A DNA stretch of 64,000 nt from Sedimentisphaerales bacterium. GTDB lineage: Bacteria; Planctomycetota; Phycisphaerae; Sedimentisphaerales; Anaerobacaceae. The first letter of the stretch is position 1, and each line of letters starts with the position of its first letter. The stretch is from contig OY970194.1 in NCBI GenBank assembly GCA_963708075.1, forward strand, positions 6,080,001 to 6,144,000, written 5' to 3'. The translations under genes and the position numbers were made by a program. Under the pieces are notes generated by a model, which saw only the letters and a program-made list of their open reading frames with translations, did not search any database and was not told the origin of the DNA. Below are positions 48,447-59,534 of this stretch, piece by piece.

Positions 48447-48498
48447 ATCCAGCCTCCACTTACTTAGCGTGTGACCATCCACGGCAAAATGCATCACC

Positions 48499-48699
48499 TC
48501 ATTCGGTGATCTCTCGCTCCAGGAGCATGTTCAGGCCGCCTTTCCAGGACGCCAGCGCTCGAAGACTGACTTCTCCATACAAGCGGTTGAGACGCCAGCC
48601 CTCACTGCCGAACCGATTCAGGGTGTCGAGTATTTGCCCTTCATTCGGCTTGCCGGTTTCGAGTTTCAGATAATGAATCTTGTACTCGTACTTCTTCAT
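48499..48699 (-). CDS. DUF4177-like small protein
   Basis: YEYK...LNRFGSEGW.L...LERE; AAGGAG RBS. Confidence 0.7.
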   Translation of the reverse strand: MKKYEYKIHYLKLETGKPNEGQILDTLNRFGSEGWRLNRLYGEVSLRALASWKGGLNMLLEREITE

Positions 48700-48935
48700 T
48701 GGGGTCTCCTTCACCAACCAGGAAGATCGTAGCACGACAAGCTTGACGAGGCGGGCATGCGGATGAATCCCCCGCCGCCTGAACTACGTCATCTTGGTAA
48801 ATCGCCGGCTTGCCCCCTGCAAATACTAACTTGTCACATTTTAGTATTGGATCAGTATATGGTCGAGCTACCCAGGCCAGTCCGATAAGAAAGGCATTCC
48901 CGGCATAAGAGCGAGATCGGTCTTTTGGCATATCC

Positions 48936-50291
48936 TCAGATCGTTCGGAGGAGATGGGCGGCGGCCTTGGTGCCTCGGATGAAACTGTCGAGGCTGAAAT
49001 GCTCGTTGGGTCCGTGCGGCCGGTCGCTGTCGAGGCCGAAGCCCATCAGGATCACCGGGCAGCCGAGTTGCTCCACGAAGGTGTTGACCACGGGGATCGA
49101 GCCGCCGCAGCGAATGAACACCGCGTCGTGACCGAACCCGCGGCGCAGGGCTTCCTGCGAGGCGCGGATGATCGGATTGTTCACGTCGAACAGCACCGGC
49201 GGGCTGGCTCCGAATTGCGTGAGCTCCAGGCGAACGGTGTCCGGGCAGACGGACCGGATATGCTCGAAGACCACGTCCCGGATTCGGTCGGGGTCCTGGT
49301 GGGGGACGAGTCGGACACTGAGCTTGGCCGTGGCGGAGGCAGGGATGATCGTCTTGGATCGCTGGCCCTGGTAGCCGCCGAAGATGCCGTTGATCTCGAA
49401 GGTGGGCCGGGCCCAGAGCCGCTCCAACGCGCTGTAGCCGGGTTCGCCGTGCAGGCTGGGGATGCTCAACTCGCGGGCAAGGCCCTCCTCATCGAAATTG
49501 AGTTTGCGGAAGCCCTCGCGTTCCCAGTCCTCCAGGGGCGCGACATCATCGTAAAAATGCGGGATCAGGACCTTACCGTCCCGCGAGACGCATTGGGCCA
49601 GGATCTGGGCGACGACCATGGCGGGATTGGCGATGGCGCCGCCGTAGGCGCCGGAATGGACGTCTGTCGATGGGCCCTTCACGGTGAATTCAAAGGCGAC
49701 AATGCCGCGAAGACCATAGGTAATCGCGGGGGTGTTCTTGTCGTACATGGTTGTGTCGGAGACGACGATGGCATCGGGCTTCAGCTCGGCCCTGGCCTGC
49801 TTGACGTAGCGGCCCAGGGCATCGCCGCCGGACTCCTCCTCGCCCTCGAGCAGGAAGATAACCTCGCAGGGAAGCTGTCCCTCGGTCTTGATCAGGCTCT
49901 CGACGGCCTTGACATGGGTGAAGACCTGTCCCTTGTCGTCAGTGGCCCCGCGGCCGTACAGGGTGTCGCCCTTGACCGTCGGCTCGAAGGGCGGCGTCTC
50001 CCACTGATCGATCGGATCCTCCGGCTGGACATCATAATGCCCGTAGATCATCACGCGGCGCGGGCTCTTGCCCTTCTTGGACGCCCGCACGATCGGCTGG
50101 CCGCCGATGTCCACCAGTTGCGCCTCGAAGCCCAGGCCCTTGAGATGGTCCCTCAGCCATTCGGCGCAGGCCCGCGTGTCCCCGTCATGGTCGCGCTGCG
50201 CGCTGACCGAGGGGAACCGCATCCACTGCTTGAGCTCTTCGATAAAGCGACCGCGATTCGCGTCGATGTAGCTCTCAATTCGATCCGTCAT
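48936..50291 (-). CDS. M20 family dipeptidase
   Basis: YGHYDVQP, GRGATDDKGQ, EGEEE, DVHSG, GGSIP, HGPNE. Confidence 0.92.
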   Translation of the reverse strand: MTDRIESYIDANRGRFIEELKQWMRFPSVSAQRDHDGDTRACAEWLRDHLKGLGFEAQLVDIGGQPIVRASKKGKSPRRVMIYGHYDVQPEDPIDQWETPPFEPTVKGDTLYGRGATDDKGQVFTHVKAVESLIKTEGQLPCEVIFLLEGEEESGGDALGRYVKQARAELKPDAIVVSDTTMYDKNTPAITYGLRGIVAFEFTVKGPSTDVHSGAYGGAIANPAMVVAQILAQCVSRDGKVLIPHFYDDVAPLEDWEREGFRKLNFDEEGLARELSIPSLHGEPGYSALERLWARPTFEINGIFGGYQGQRSKTIIPASATAKLSVRLVPHQDPDRIRDVVFEHIRSVCPDTVRLELTQFGASPPVLFDVNNPIIRASQEALRRGFGHDAVFIRCGGSIPVVNTFVEQLGCPVILMGFGLDSDRPHGPNEHFSLDSFIRGTKAAAHLLRTI

Positions 50292-50467
50292 TCTCCTGTA
50301 TCCTCCCAGTCAAAGCGGATGCATTCACACTCATATCAGTTCAATCGAAGCGCTATTCTACCCTGAGCATGCATAATTCGGCTACAGGGAAATGCTTAGT
50401 ACTCCGATTGTCCGAGGGACTTATACCCCTGCTTGTCTGAATCATGCAAAGGTGTAGGACGCGCGAG

Positions 50468-52447
50468 CTATTGGCTGCTGCGACCGGGGCGACTGGCACG
50501 GTAGGCCCAGAGGGCGATCGCCAAGAGGACAATCAGGCCGATCCAGGCGCCGCTGGTTCCAATCCACGTGCGCAGCGTCGGCAGGAATGAGGCTGCTTTC
50601 TGCTGCCAGAGGCTCGTGAGCGGAAGCTCCAATCCTCGGCTCTTCATGAGCACGACGGGGATTGCGACGATAATGCCCATTAAGGCCTCGCCGGTGATCA
50701 AGCCGGAGGCGAAAAGCACGCTTCTTTGCTCGGAATCTTCCTGCGCCTCCTTGCTTGCCCGCAATCTGACGAGAGCTCGCTTGACGATTGTCGCGATAGC
50801 GCCGCCGATGAAGATCGTCACCGATTGAGAAAATGGCAGGTAAAAACCGATGGCCACCGCAAGGACCGGTGTGCGGAAGGTGCTGCCTTTGCGTTCGAGG
50901 ATCGCGTTGAGGACGATCAGACTGACGGCGACCCCCATACCGATAAAGATGAACGTCCAGGGCAGCCCGCCTTGAAAGACGCCCTTGGCGACGGCGGCCA
51001 TGACGTTGGCCTGTGGCGCGGGCAGCGGTCTGGCTGCCGGAGCGGCCTGGCCCGCAAAGCCGTAAGCGTGCTGCAACAGCGTGAGCACCGGGGCGATCAC
51101 GGCGGCGCCCGTGAGGGTGCCGATGCCCAGCATGACCTGCTGCTTCCAAGGCGTGGCGCCGACGATGTAGCCGGTCTTGAGGTCCTGCAGATTGTCCCCC
51201 GCAATGGAGGCGGCGCAACAGACCACGGCGCCGATTACAATGGCCGCCGCCGGACCGATGGGCGCCCCCTTGCCGATCAGGAGCATCAGGAAAAAGGCGG
51301 AGAACACGATGGTGGTAATCGTGACGCCGGAGATCGGGTTGTTGCTCGATCCAACAAGGCCCGCCATGTACCCGGCCACGGCGGAGAAGGCAAACCCGGC
51401 GATGAGCATGAGCACGGCCATCGCTATGGACACGGGCAGTCTCTGAACAAAGGCGTGGTACACGAAGAATAGCGGAATCACCGACAGGACCATCAGGATG
51501 AGAATCCATTTCATGGGCAGGTCGCGCTCTGTGCGTGGGATTTCCGTTACGGCCTGGCCGGCGCCATCGACCGTGCGATACGCCTGCAGGCCGCTGGTGA
51601 CGCCCTTGAGGAGGGTCTTTCGCATCTTGAAGACAGTCCACAGGCCGCCAACGAGCATGGCGCCCACGCCGATGTATCGCGTCTGGTCCCTCCAGATCTG
51701 ATCCGCCCAGGCGGCCACGGAGAGATCCTCGGGCTTGGGGTGGAAGTGCGAATAGATGGGGATGGCGATCAGCCAGTTGCAGGCGCCGCCGAGGAACATC
51801 AGGATGCCGATATTGAGCCCGACGATCAGGCCGACAGCGAGCAGGGCCGGACTGAGCGTCACGCCAAACGCCGTGACACTCGAGCCGATGGCCCGGCTGA
51901 CCTGGAGTCTCTCGGGCCACAGGCCCACGAGGTCGCCGAACACCTTGAATAATCCGCCGGCCAGGCCGGTGCGGACGATCTGGCGAAGGCCCTCCGGACC
52001 CATCTGGCCGCTCTCCAGGACCTTGGCCGTGGCGATGCCCTCGGGGAACTGCAGCTCGCTTCCCACGATGAAACTTCGCCGCAGCGGGATGGTGAAGAGC
52101 ACGCCGAGCACGCCGCCGAAGCCGGCGATGATCGTGACCCACTTGTAGTCGAACGTCTGCCAGGTCCCCAGCAGAATCAGGGCCGGCAGCGTGAAGATAC
52201 AGCCGGCGGCGATGGCTTCGCCGGCGCTGGCGCAGGTCTGCACGATGTTGTTTTCGAGGATGTTGTTGCGTTTGAAGAACCGCAGGACGCCCATGGAGAT
52301 GACCGCCGCGGGGATCGTGGCCGATACCGTCATGCCGGCAAACAGGCCTAGGTAGGCGTTGGCCGCCGCCAGGATCGCCGCCAGCAGCATGCCCAGGATC
52401 ACGCCTTTGATTGTGATTTCGGGAAGTGAGTTGTTCAGTCTATCCAT
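50468..52447 (-). CDS. Oligopeptide transporter, OPT family
   Basis: ILENNIVQT, FPEGIA, SNNPISG, DNLQDLKTG, APQA, ASGLITGE. Confidence 0.92.
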   Translation of the reverse strand: MDRLNNSLPEITIKGVILGMLLAAILAAANAYLGLFAGMTVSATIPAAVISMGVLRFFKRNNILENNIVQTCASAGEAIAAGCIFTLPALILLGTWQTFDYKWVTIIAGFGGVLGVLFTIPLRRSFIVGSELQFPEGIATAKVLESGQMGPEGLRQIVRTGLAGGLFKVFGDLVGLWPERLQVSRAIGSSVTAFGVTLSPALLAVGLIVGLNIGILMFLGGACNWLIAIPIYSHFHPKPEDLSVAAWADQIWRDQTRYIGVGAMLVGGLWTVFKMRKTLLKGVTSGLQAYRTVDGAGQAVTEIPRTERDLPMKWILILMVLSVIPLFFVYHAFVQRLPVSIAMAVLMLIAGFAFSAVAGYMAGLVGSSNNPISGVTITTIVFSAFFLMLLIGKGAPIGPAAAIVIGAVVCCAASIAGDNLQDLKTGYIVGATPWKQQVMLGIGTLTGAAVIAPVLTLLQHAYGFAGQAAPAARPLPAPQANVMAAVAKGVFQGGLPWTFIFIGMGVAVSLIVLNAILERKGSTFRTPVLAVAIGFYLPFSQSVTIFIGGAIATIVKRALVRLRASKEAQEDSEQRSVLFASGLITGEALMGIIVAIPVVLMKSRGLELPLTSLWQQKAASFLPTLRTWIGTSGAWIGLIVLLAIALWAYRASRPGRSSQ

Positions 52448-52498
52448 TCTGTATCGATCTCCTTAACCTTTTGGCCTGTCAATTCGGCGTGCTCATTG

Positions 52499-54178
52499 TC
52501 ACTTCACGAACTGTTGCACGAAGTACTTGGCTGTGAGCGGCTCGCTGGTGGCGCGTTCGATCATCTTGTTCCACGGGTAGAGGTTGCCGGCGTGGAAGAC
52601 GTTCTCTCTCAAGAATTGGCCGGCCTTTTCCTGGCCGATGTAGCTGACGTTCTTGTCCGACTTGAGGGCGAGCACCTTCGAGACGACGTGGTGGTGCAGT
52701 TGCGAGGCCAGCATTTCGCCGAGCATGTAGTTGTGGTAGTAGCATGGGGCGGCGGAGAAGTGAATCTTGGCGGCCCAGTCCGGATCGGTCCGGCCGGCCG
52801 GCCGTTTCACAAGCTGGTACTTCTCGACGAGGCTCCACCACAGGGCCGTCAGGTCCTGGTCGGGATTGGCGTACAGTCCTTTCTCGAAGTTGTACATGAC
52901 CATGGCCCAGCGGGCGAAGATGAGCTGCTTGAGCTGGGCGTACTTGCCGCTGACCTTCTCGATTTCGGCTTGCTGGGCCTTGGACAGGCCGAGCGTCTGC
53001 TGCATCCAGGCGGGATTGCGGCTGAGCCGGCCGAAGAACATGGCCATTGCCTCGGTCGTGAAGGCATGGGCCGGAGAGCGGAGCAGGTACGGCGTACTGT
53101 AATCGAGGTACTTGTCGTACACGCCGTGGCCCAGCTCGTGCAGGATCGTCTCCATCCAGTATTCATCGTTCTTGAGATTGCACAGGACTCGCACGTCGCC
53201 CTCGCGGTCGATGTGCGTGCAAAACGCGTGGGGGTTCTTGCCCTCTTTCTCATAAAGGTCACTATTGGCCAGGATCGCCTCGACCGGCAGGCCGATGCCC
53301 GCGTAGAAGCCTTCGGCCAGCTTCTTGACGTCCTTGTCCTTATAGTAGGTGTCGAGGTCGAGGTCATAGACCATCGGCGTCTCCTGGAAGAACGGGTCAT
53401 GGTAGTGCCAGGGCATCAGCTTGTCGGGCTTGATGCCATACTTCCTGGCCAGCGTGCGGTCCAGGTCAGCCTTCAACGCGGCGAAGGGCTTGTTGGTCAG
53501 CTCGTACAACTCGTTGAAGATCTTGTCCAACTCTTTGACATCCTGCTCGCCGGTGGCCAGGGCCATCGTGTGGTAGTTGTCGAAGCCGAGCTTGCGAGCG
53601 GCCTCATTGCGCAGCTTGACCAGCCGGACCAGGTCCGCCGCGACGACCTGCCCGACCTGCTTGCTCGCCAGCCACGCCTTCTCCCGTTTGGCGGAATCCG
53701 TCTCGCTCTTGAGGATGCCCTTGATCTCGTTGTCGGTGACTTTCTTGCCGTCGATGGAACCGCGGGACGTGCTGAAGTTCTTCTCGATCTGCGTGCCCAG
53801 CTCGACGATCTGCTTGAGCAGGTCCGGCTCGATCTGGTTCGACAGGTAGGCGTTGTAGAGCACCGTCAACTGCCGGGCGAGCAGGGGGTCGGCGATCTGA
53901 CCCGATTCTTTGAACCCCTTGAGCGACGCGAACTCACTCGGGTTGCTGTACACCTGGCGAAGCTGCAGGGTCAGCTCGCTGTTGCGGTCGTACGCCTTCG
54001 GGTCGCCCGTGACCGCCGCATCCCACCAAGCCAGGTTCATCTGCTTTTCCATGGGCTTGATCTTCTCGACGTGTGCGGTGATGAAGTCCTTCAATTGAGT
54101 CTCCTTCTCATTCAGAGCATACCCCTGCGTGGTCAGTCCCATCGCAAGCAATCCCATCGCTACGTACCAGTTTCTCAT
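52499..54178 (-). CDS. Secreted zinc metallopeptidase (M2/M3-like)
   Basis: Signal peptide, HELGH, TEAMAM, YYHNY.LG. Confidence 0.85.
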   Translation of the reverse strand: MRNWYVAMGLLAMGLTTQGYALNEKETQLKDFITAHVEKIKPMEKQMNLAWWDAAVTGDPKAYDRNSELTLQLRQVYSNPSEFASLKGFKESGQIADPLLARQLTVLYNAYLSNQIEPDLLKQIVELGTQIEKNFSTSRGSIDGKKVTDNEIKGILKSETDSAKREKAWLASKQVGQVVAADLVRLVKLRNEAARKLGFDNYHTMALATGEQDVKELDKIFNELYELTNKPFAALKADLDRTLARKYGIKPDKLMPWHYHDPFFQETPMVYDLDLDTYYKDKDVKKLAEGFYAGIGLPVEAILANSDLYEKEGKNPHAFCTHIDREGDVRVLCNLKNDEYWMETILHELGHGVYDKYLDYSTPYLLRSPAHAFTTEAMAMFFGRLSRNPAWMQQTLGLSKAQQAEIEKVSGKYAQLKQLIFARWAMVMYNFEKGLYANPDQDLTALWWSLVEKYQLVKRPAGRTDPDWAAKIHFSAAPCYYHNYMLGEMLASQLHHHVVSKVLALKSDKNVSYIGQEKAGQFLRENVFHAGNLYPWNKMIERATSEPLTAKYFVQQFVK

Positions 54179-54392
54179 TTTGTCGCACTCCCTAAAGCCG
54201 ACTTGCTATTCCCATACTCTGCGCCCCGGTCAAGGCGACGAACAATGGGTGGCAGCGGCAAGCGAAGCCTGCGGAGCTTGCCGATGGTCCTTGCATACAC
54301 AGACGCCATCGGCAAGCTGGCGCTTGCCGCTGCCACCCGCCACAAGTTCAAGATGCGCAGTACTAGCCATTGTCTTCATTCTGCCGGCCAGA

Positions 54393-57300
54393 TCAGTTCG
54401 CATCGGCCGAGCGATTTGGATACGCCGGCTTCTTGGGCCTCTTTGGCGGCTCCTTGTCCAGCAGCTTGAGAGCCACGCTGATTCCTCTCTCGAGTTGCGG
54501 GTCGTGTCCGGCCACCAGCTCATGCGGAGCGTTCTCGACCTCGTAGTCGGGATCGACGCCGTAGCCCTCGACCGTCCAGCCGTTGTCATTGTATATGCCG
54601 AACGTCGGGGCTGAGACGAAGCCGCCATCGATCAGTTGCGGATTGCCGCTGATGCCGATCAGGCCGCCCCAGGTCCGCGTGCCCACCAGCGGCCCGAGCC
54701 CGGCCTCACGGAAGTAATATGGGAACGCGTCACCGCCCGAGCCGGACCAGCCGTTGATGAGCATCACTTTCGGCCCGGTATGCGAAACCGATGGTGTCTG
54801 CCAATCCCTGTGGTCACGCCGGGCCCAGTAGTTGTAGGTCGGGCGCCGGAGCAACTCGACGAACCGATCGGGGATCTGGCCGCCGCTGTTGAATCGCTCG
54901 TCGATGATGAGGGCGTCCTTGCCCCATTGGGGTGTGAACTGCCGGACAAGCTCATTCTGGCCGTTCCTGCCTGTGTCCGGCACGTAGATGTACCCGACGC
55001 GGCCTTGTGTGGCCTCCTCGACCTTCCTGCGATTGCCCTCGATCCAGGCGAGGTTGCGGAGGCGAAATTCGCTCGACATCGGCTGGACCAGGACATCATT
55101 CGTATCGTTCACGTCCGCCGTGTGGCTGATCGTCAGCCGCACCGTCTCGTCGGCGAGACCCTGGAACGCGGCCCAGGGGTCCATGGCGGTGTCCACCCGC
55201 CGGCCGTTGACGGCCAGCAGGTAGTCGCCCTCGCGCACATCCACGCCGGGGCAGCATAACGGCGAGCGGACTTCAGCATCCCACGCAGCACCCCTGTAGA
55301 TCTTGCTGATACGATAGGCATTGGCCTTCTTATCCGGCTCGAAGTCGCAGCCGAGCAGGCCGACGGCCAGGCGTGACGGCTGTTCCATGTCGCCGCCACG
55401 GACGTAGGTGTGCGAGCAGTTCAACTCTGCGATCATCTCGCCGATCACATAGTTGAGATCTTCCCGGTCCACGATGTAGGGCAGCAGGGCGGCATAGCGG
55501 TCCCTGGTCGCGTTCCAATCGACGCCGTGCATGCCGGGATCGTAGAAGTAGTCCCGCTGAATTCGCCAGGCCTCCGCGAACATCTGCCGCCATTCCTCCT
55601 GTGGATTGATCCAGGCTTTGAGGTCGCCCGAGGCGATCTTGCCGTCGCCGACTTTCTTGTTCTCGGCGATATCGATGATGCCGTATGTGGACCGGCTCTC
55701 GTAGAGGACCTTCTTGCCATCGGCGGATACCTCATAGTTGCCGATGCCGTCGATAACCGTCTTCTCCTCGCGTTCCTTCAGGTCGTAGTAGAGCAGCTTG
55801 CCCGACGGCTCACCCGGCTTGCCCGCTCCTTCCGGCAGCCGTCGCAGGAATAGCAGCTTGCCTTCGACGCTGTGTAGTGCCCCGATTCGGCCCGCCTGGA
55901 TGGGCAGCTCGACGACACGGCCTTCAAAACCATCAAAGTCGATCTTGACCGGCTCGACCTTTTTCTCCGCCTTTTCATCCTTCTCACTGTCTTTCTTCTT
56001 CTCCTCAGGCGCGTTCGGATCGGCCTTCTTTTCCTCGTCCTTTTCGTCCTTCTGGTCCTTTTTATCCTTGTCCTTCTTGCCTTCCTCCTCATCGCTGCGA
56101 GGCGCCAGCGGCGACTCGATGTCCTTTTGCAGCGTCACGGCGTACACCCGCGTCGAATTCGGGTAGATCCACGTCGCGTCCATGTCGCCATAAACGGGAT
56201 TGAACGCCCGGTTGGAGCGGAAGAACAGGTATTTGCCGCCGGCGTCGAAAACAGGACCCGTGTTGTCGTAGAAGTCGCTGGTGACCTGCCGGACCGTGCC
56301 CTCGTTGACATCATAGACTGCGATGTTGCCGTTGCGGTTGGCCCCGCGTTTGGAGTAGGTGAGCCAGCGGCTGTCGGGCGACCAGCCGTAGGATTCCATT
56401 TCTTCCCACTCATCCTTGTCGACGAACTTGATTTCACCGCTGTCGATCTCGACGAGGAACAGGCTGCCTGTCTTATCGCTGAAGGCGACCTGTTTACTGT
56501 CGGGGGACCAGATGGGCAGGTAGCGGAAGGCCGTGCCACCTTGCGTGATCTGCTTCTCCTGACCCTTGCCGTCGCCCGGGCGGATGTACAGCTCGTACTC
56601 GCCGGTTTTATCGGAGAAGTACGCGATGTGCTTGCCATCCGGCGACCAGGTTGGGTATCGCTCCGCGATGCCCGAGGTATTGGTCAGGTTGCGCACGCTG
56701 CCGTGTTTCTCGGGCACGGTGAACAGCTCGCCCCGAGCCTCGAAAATCGCCCGTTTGCCGCTGGGGGAGAGTAAGCAGCTCTCGATGCGATCTGAGACGC
56801 TCTTGAGCACCGGGCGCGTCTGCGGCAGGTCGCAGGGAACGCGGATCTTCAACGGCTGCGATTTCTCCGTGGCCAGGTCCAGCAGGTGCAGCGCGCCGCC
56901 GTTCTCGAAGACGATCGCATCAGGCCCAATGCTTGGCCACTTCACGTCGTAGTCCGTGAAATTCGTGACCTGCCGGGTCTTTCTCGTCTTGAGATCATAC
57001 GCCCAGAGGTTGAGCCTCTTGTGCCCATCCCGGTCGGACATGAAGTAGATCGTATCTCCGTGCCACATCGGCACGGCGTCGGTGCCCGCGAAGTCCGTGA
57101 TTTTCTCCGAGGTATTGTTGACGAAGTCATAGAGCCACAGATCGCTGGCCATGCCGCCCTGGTAGCGCTTCCACGTGCGGAACTCGCAGGAGATGAATTG
57201 GAAGGCCATGCGCGTGCCGTCGGGGCTGAAGCTTGCCAGTTCGGCGTAGGGCAGGGGCAGCGTCTGCGGCAGGCCGCCCTCCACCGGTTGCTTGAAGAAC

Positions 57301-57728
57301 CGATTGAATCGCATCGACGGGCTGGCCATCGTGGACCGGTAGAGGATGTCCTTGCCGTCCGGATACCATTCCACGACCATGTCCGTATCGGGATGGTGGG
57401 TCAGCCGGCTGGGTGCGCCGCCCTGGGCCGAGATGGTGTAGATGTCCGTATTGCCGTCATAGTTGCCGCTGAAGGCGATGAGCGAGCCGTCCGGCGAGAA
57501 CTTCGGGAGCATTTCCTGCCCCTTGGGCGAGCTGAGCCGCCGGGCTGTGCCGCCTTGTTTCGCGACGATCCACAAGTCGCCCGCATAGACGAAGACGATC
57601 TCGTCCTTGCTGACATCCGGGAACCGCAGCATTCTCGCGTCCGGCGTGTGGATCGGGTCCTGCGGCTGGCCGGCAAATCCTGCGGCCGAGAATAGAATTG
57701 TCGCGATCAGGATCGGCGCATACTTCAT
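54393..57728 (-). CDS. Tricorn protease homolog (S41)
   Basis: PD40/WD-like repeats, WKRYQGG, PDZ, IDERFNSGG, GSGGD, GTRTWGG. Confidence 0.93.
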   Translation of the reverse strand: MKYAPILIATILFSAAGFAGQPQDPIHTPDARMLRFPDVSKDEIVFVYAGDLWIVAKQGGTARRLSSPKGQEMLPKFSPDGSLIAFSGNYDGNTDIYTISAQGGAPSRLTHHPDTDMVVEWYPDGKDILYRSTMASPSMRFNRFFKQPVEGGLPQTLPLPYAELASFSPDGTRMAFQFISCEFRTWKRYQGGMASDLWLYDFVNNTSEKITDFAGTDAVPMWHGDTIYFMSDRDGHKRLNLWAYDLKTRKTRQVTNFTDYDVKWPSIGPDAIVFENGGALHLLDLATEKSQPLKIRVPCDLPQTRPVLKSVSDRIESCLLSPSGKRAIFEARGELFTVPEKHGSVRNLTNTSGIAERYPTWSPDGKHIAYFSDKTGEYELYIRPGDGKGQEKQITQGGTAFRYLPIWSPDSKQVAFSDKTGSLFLVEIDSGEIKFVDKDEWEEMESYGWSPDSRWLTYSKRGANRNGNIAVYDVNEGTVRQVTSDFYDNTGPVFDAGGKYLFFRSNRAFNPVYGDMDATWIYPNSTRVYAVTLQKDIESPLAPRSDEEEGKKDKDKKDQKDEKDEEKKADPNAPEEKKKDSEKDEKAEKKVEPVKIDFDGFEGRVVELPIQAGRIGALHSVEGKLLFLRRLPEGAGKPGEPSGKLLYYDLKEREEKTVIDGIGNYEVSADGKKVLYESRSTYGIIDIAENKKVGDGKIASGDLKAWINPQEEWRQMFAEAWRIQRDYFYDPGMHGVDWNATRDRYAALLPYIVDREDLNYVIGEMIAELNCSHTYVRGGDMEQPSRLAVGLLGCDFEPDKKANAYRISKIYRGAAWDAEVRSPLCCPGVDVREGDYLLAVNGRRVDTAMDPWAAFQGLADETVRLTISHTADVNDTNDVLVQPMSSEFRLRNLAWIEGNRRKVEEATQGRVGYIYVPDTGRNGQNELVRQFTPQWGKDALIIDERFNSGGQIPDRFVELLRRPTYNYWARRDHRDWQTPSVSHTGPKVMLINGWSGSGGDAFPYYFREAGLGPLVGTRTWGGLIGISGNPQLIDGGFVSAPTFGIYNDNGWTVEGYGVDPDYEVENAPHELVAGHDPQLERGISVALKLLDKEPPKRPKKPAYPNRSADAN

Positions 57729-57948
57729 TGCATCTCCTTGCCCCTCACGGCGTATGCCTGTATTCCTTTACGTCCGCCAGATACTATCACCTCCCCGTCG
57801 CCAAGGCAAGGCCGCTGCCCGACCACTTGGGGGTAGCATCGGGATTTGTTTGATGCTTGTGGGCGGTACGGGTATTATGGCCGGCAATTGGTTAGGGGGA
57901 CGGCCTGCTCGATGAGCAAGGATGGTACAGGAGCAACACGGAACGAAC

Positions 57949-59292
57949 ATGGCCCGACGCGAATACGTGACCGCACCGCTGCCCACGAAAAAGATGCCGC
58001 CCGGCATCCCGTACATCTTCGTCAACGAAGCGGCGGAACGTTTTGCCTTCTACGGCATGACTTCGATCCTCGTGGTCTTCATGACATCCTTCCTGAGGGG
58101 CCCGGCCGGCGTCCTCAGCGACGAGCAGGCGACGGAGTGGTTTCACTGGTTCACTTCCGCCGCGTATTTTCTGCCCTTCGTGGGGGCATTGATCTCCGAT
58201 ATCTGGCTGGCTAAGTACAGGACCATCATTTACTTTTCGCTGGCCTACTGCGTCGGGCTGATCGCGATGACTGTGGACGATACGCGTCTGGGCCTTGGGC
58301 TGGGCCTGATCCTGACGGCGGTTGGCTCGGGGATCATCAAGCCCTGTGTCGCCGCGAATGTGGGCGACCAGTTCGGGGAGATGAATAAGCACCTGCTATC
58401 CAAGTTCTACGGATGGTTCTACTTTGCCATTAATCTCGGCGCCGCCATTTCCATGTTCCTGTGCCCGTGGCTGCTGCATCGGTCCGGCCCGTTCGCGGCA
58501 TTCGGCGTCCCGGCGGCCCTCATGATCGTGGCCACAGTCGCTTACTGGACGGGCCGAAGGAAGCTCGTCCACATTCCGCCCGCCGGCTCGCGATTCCTCA
58601 GACAGACCTTCAGTAGCGAAGGGCTCAGGGTGATCGGCAGGCTCTCGCTGATTTATGTGTTCATTCTGATGTTCTGGGCCCTGTACAACCAGTCGCAATC
58701 GGCCTGGGTCCTGCAGGCCCGGAGCATGAACCTGCGATGGCTCGGGTTCACCTGGTTGCCCGAGTGGCCGCAGGCGATCAACGCCGTACTGGTCATGGCC
58801 ATGATTCCCCTGTTCTCCTACGCGATCTATCCGGCCATCGAGAAGGTCGTGCCTCTCACCTCGCTCCGAAAAATTGCCATCGGCCTGTTCGTCACCGCCT
58901 TGTCGTTCGTCGTCTCCGCATGGATCGAGATGCGGATCGCCGGCGGGTTCAAGCCGAGTCTCGGCTGGCAGGGCCTCGCTTATGTGTTTCTGACGGCCGC
59001 CGAGATCATGGTCTCGATCACCGCCCTGGAGTTCTCCTATACCCAGGCGCCGAAGGAGATGAAGTCGCTCGTTCAGGCGATCTTCCTCCTGTCCATTTCC
59101 CTGGGCAACGCGTTCACCGCTGTCGTCAACTGGTTCATCCGCAACGAGGACGGCACGAGCAAACTCTCGGGGCCGGGCTACTACTGGTTCTTTGTGATCG
59201 CGATGCTTGCCGCGGCGGTGCTCTTCATCCCGGTCGCGCGGTGGTACCGGCCGCGAGACTACATCCAGGACGAAGCCCCCGTCGAAACGTGA
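57949..59292 (+). CDS. POT/PTR family peptide transporter (MFS)
   Basis: EAAERFAFYG, GIIKPCV, FYFAINLG, EFSYTQAP.EMKS. Confidence 0.92.
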   Translation: MARREYVTAPLPTKKMPPGIPYIFVNEAAERFAFYGMTSILVVFMTSFLRGPAGVLSDEQATEWFHWFTSAAYFLPFVGALISDIWLAKYRTIIYFSLAYCVGLIAMTVDDTRLGLGLGLILTAVGSGIIKPCVAANVGDQFGEMNKHLLSKFYGWFYFAINLGAAISMFLCPWLLHRSGPFAAFGVPAALMIVATVAYWTGRRKLVHIPPAGSRFLRQTFSSEGLRVIGRLSLIYVFILMFWALYNQSQSAWVLQARSMNLRWLGFTWLPEWPQAINAVLVMAMIPLFSYAIYPAIEKVVPLTSLRKIAIGLFVTALSFVVSAWIEMRIAGGFKPSLGWQGLAYVFLTAAEIMVSITALEFSYTQAPKEMKSLVQAIFLLSISLGNAFTAVVNWFIRNEDGTSKLSGPGYYWFFVIAMLAAAVLFIPVARWYRPRDYIQDEAPVET

Positions 59293-59303
59293 TTTCGCAA
59301 CTT

Positions 59304-59389
59304 TGCAGGCTGTGCTGTGCACACCATTTGTCTTTGCATTGGCGGTTCGGGTGTTAGCGCAAAGATCAGTGTGCACAGCACGGCCTGCA
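59304..59389 (+). repeat. Long hairpin downstream of the POT gene (possible terminator/stabiliser)
   Basis: tgcaggctgtgctgtgcacac ... gtgtgcacagcacggcctgca. Confidence 0.6.
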
Positions 59390-59534
59390 GACACGCCTTT
59401 GTCACAATCCTCCCGTGTATGCGGCATGCAAGATCGGACGAGTTTTTGCGTTGCCGGTTGGACCCTATTGCAGTAAGACTATAGGGCACGTGACGACCAG
59501 GGTACATTCTCTCTGCGTTTTGGAGTCCTGAACG

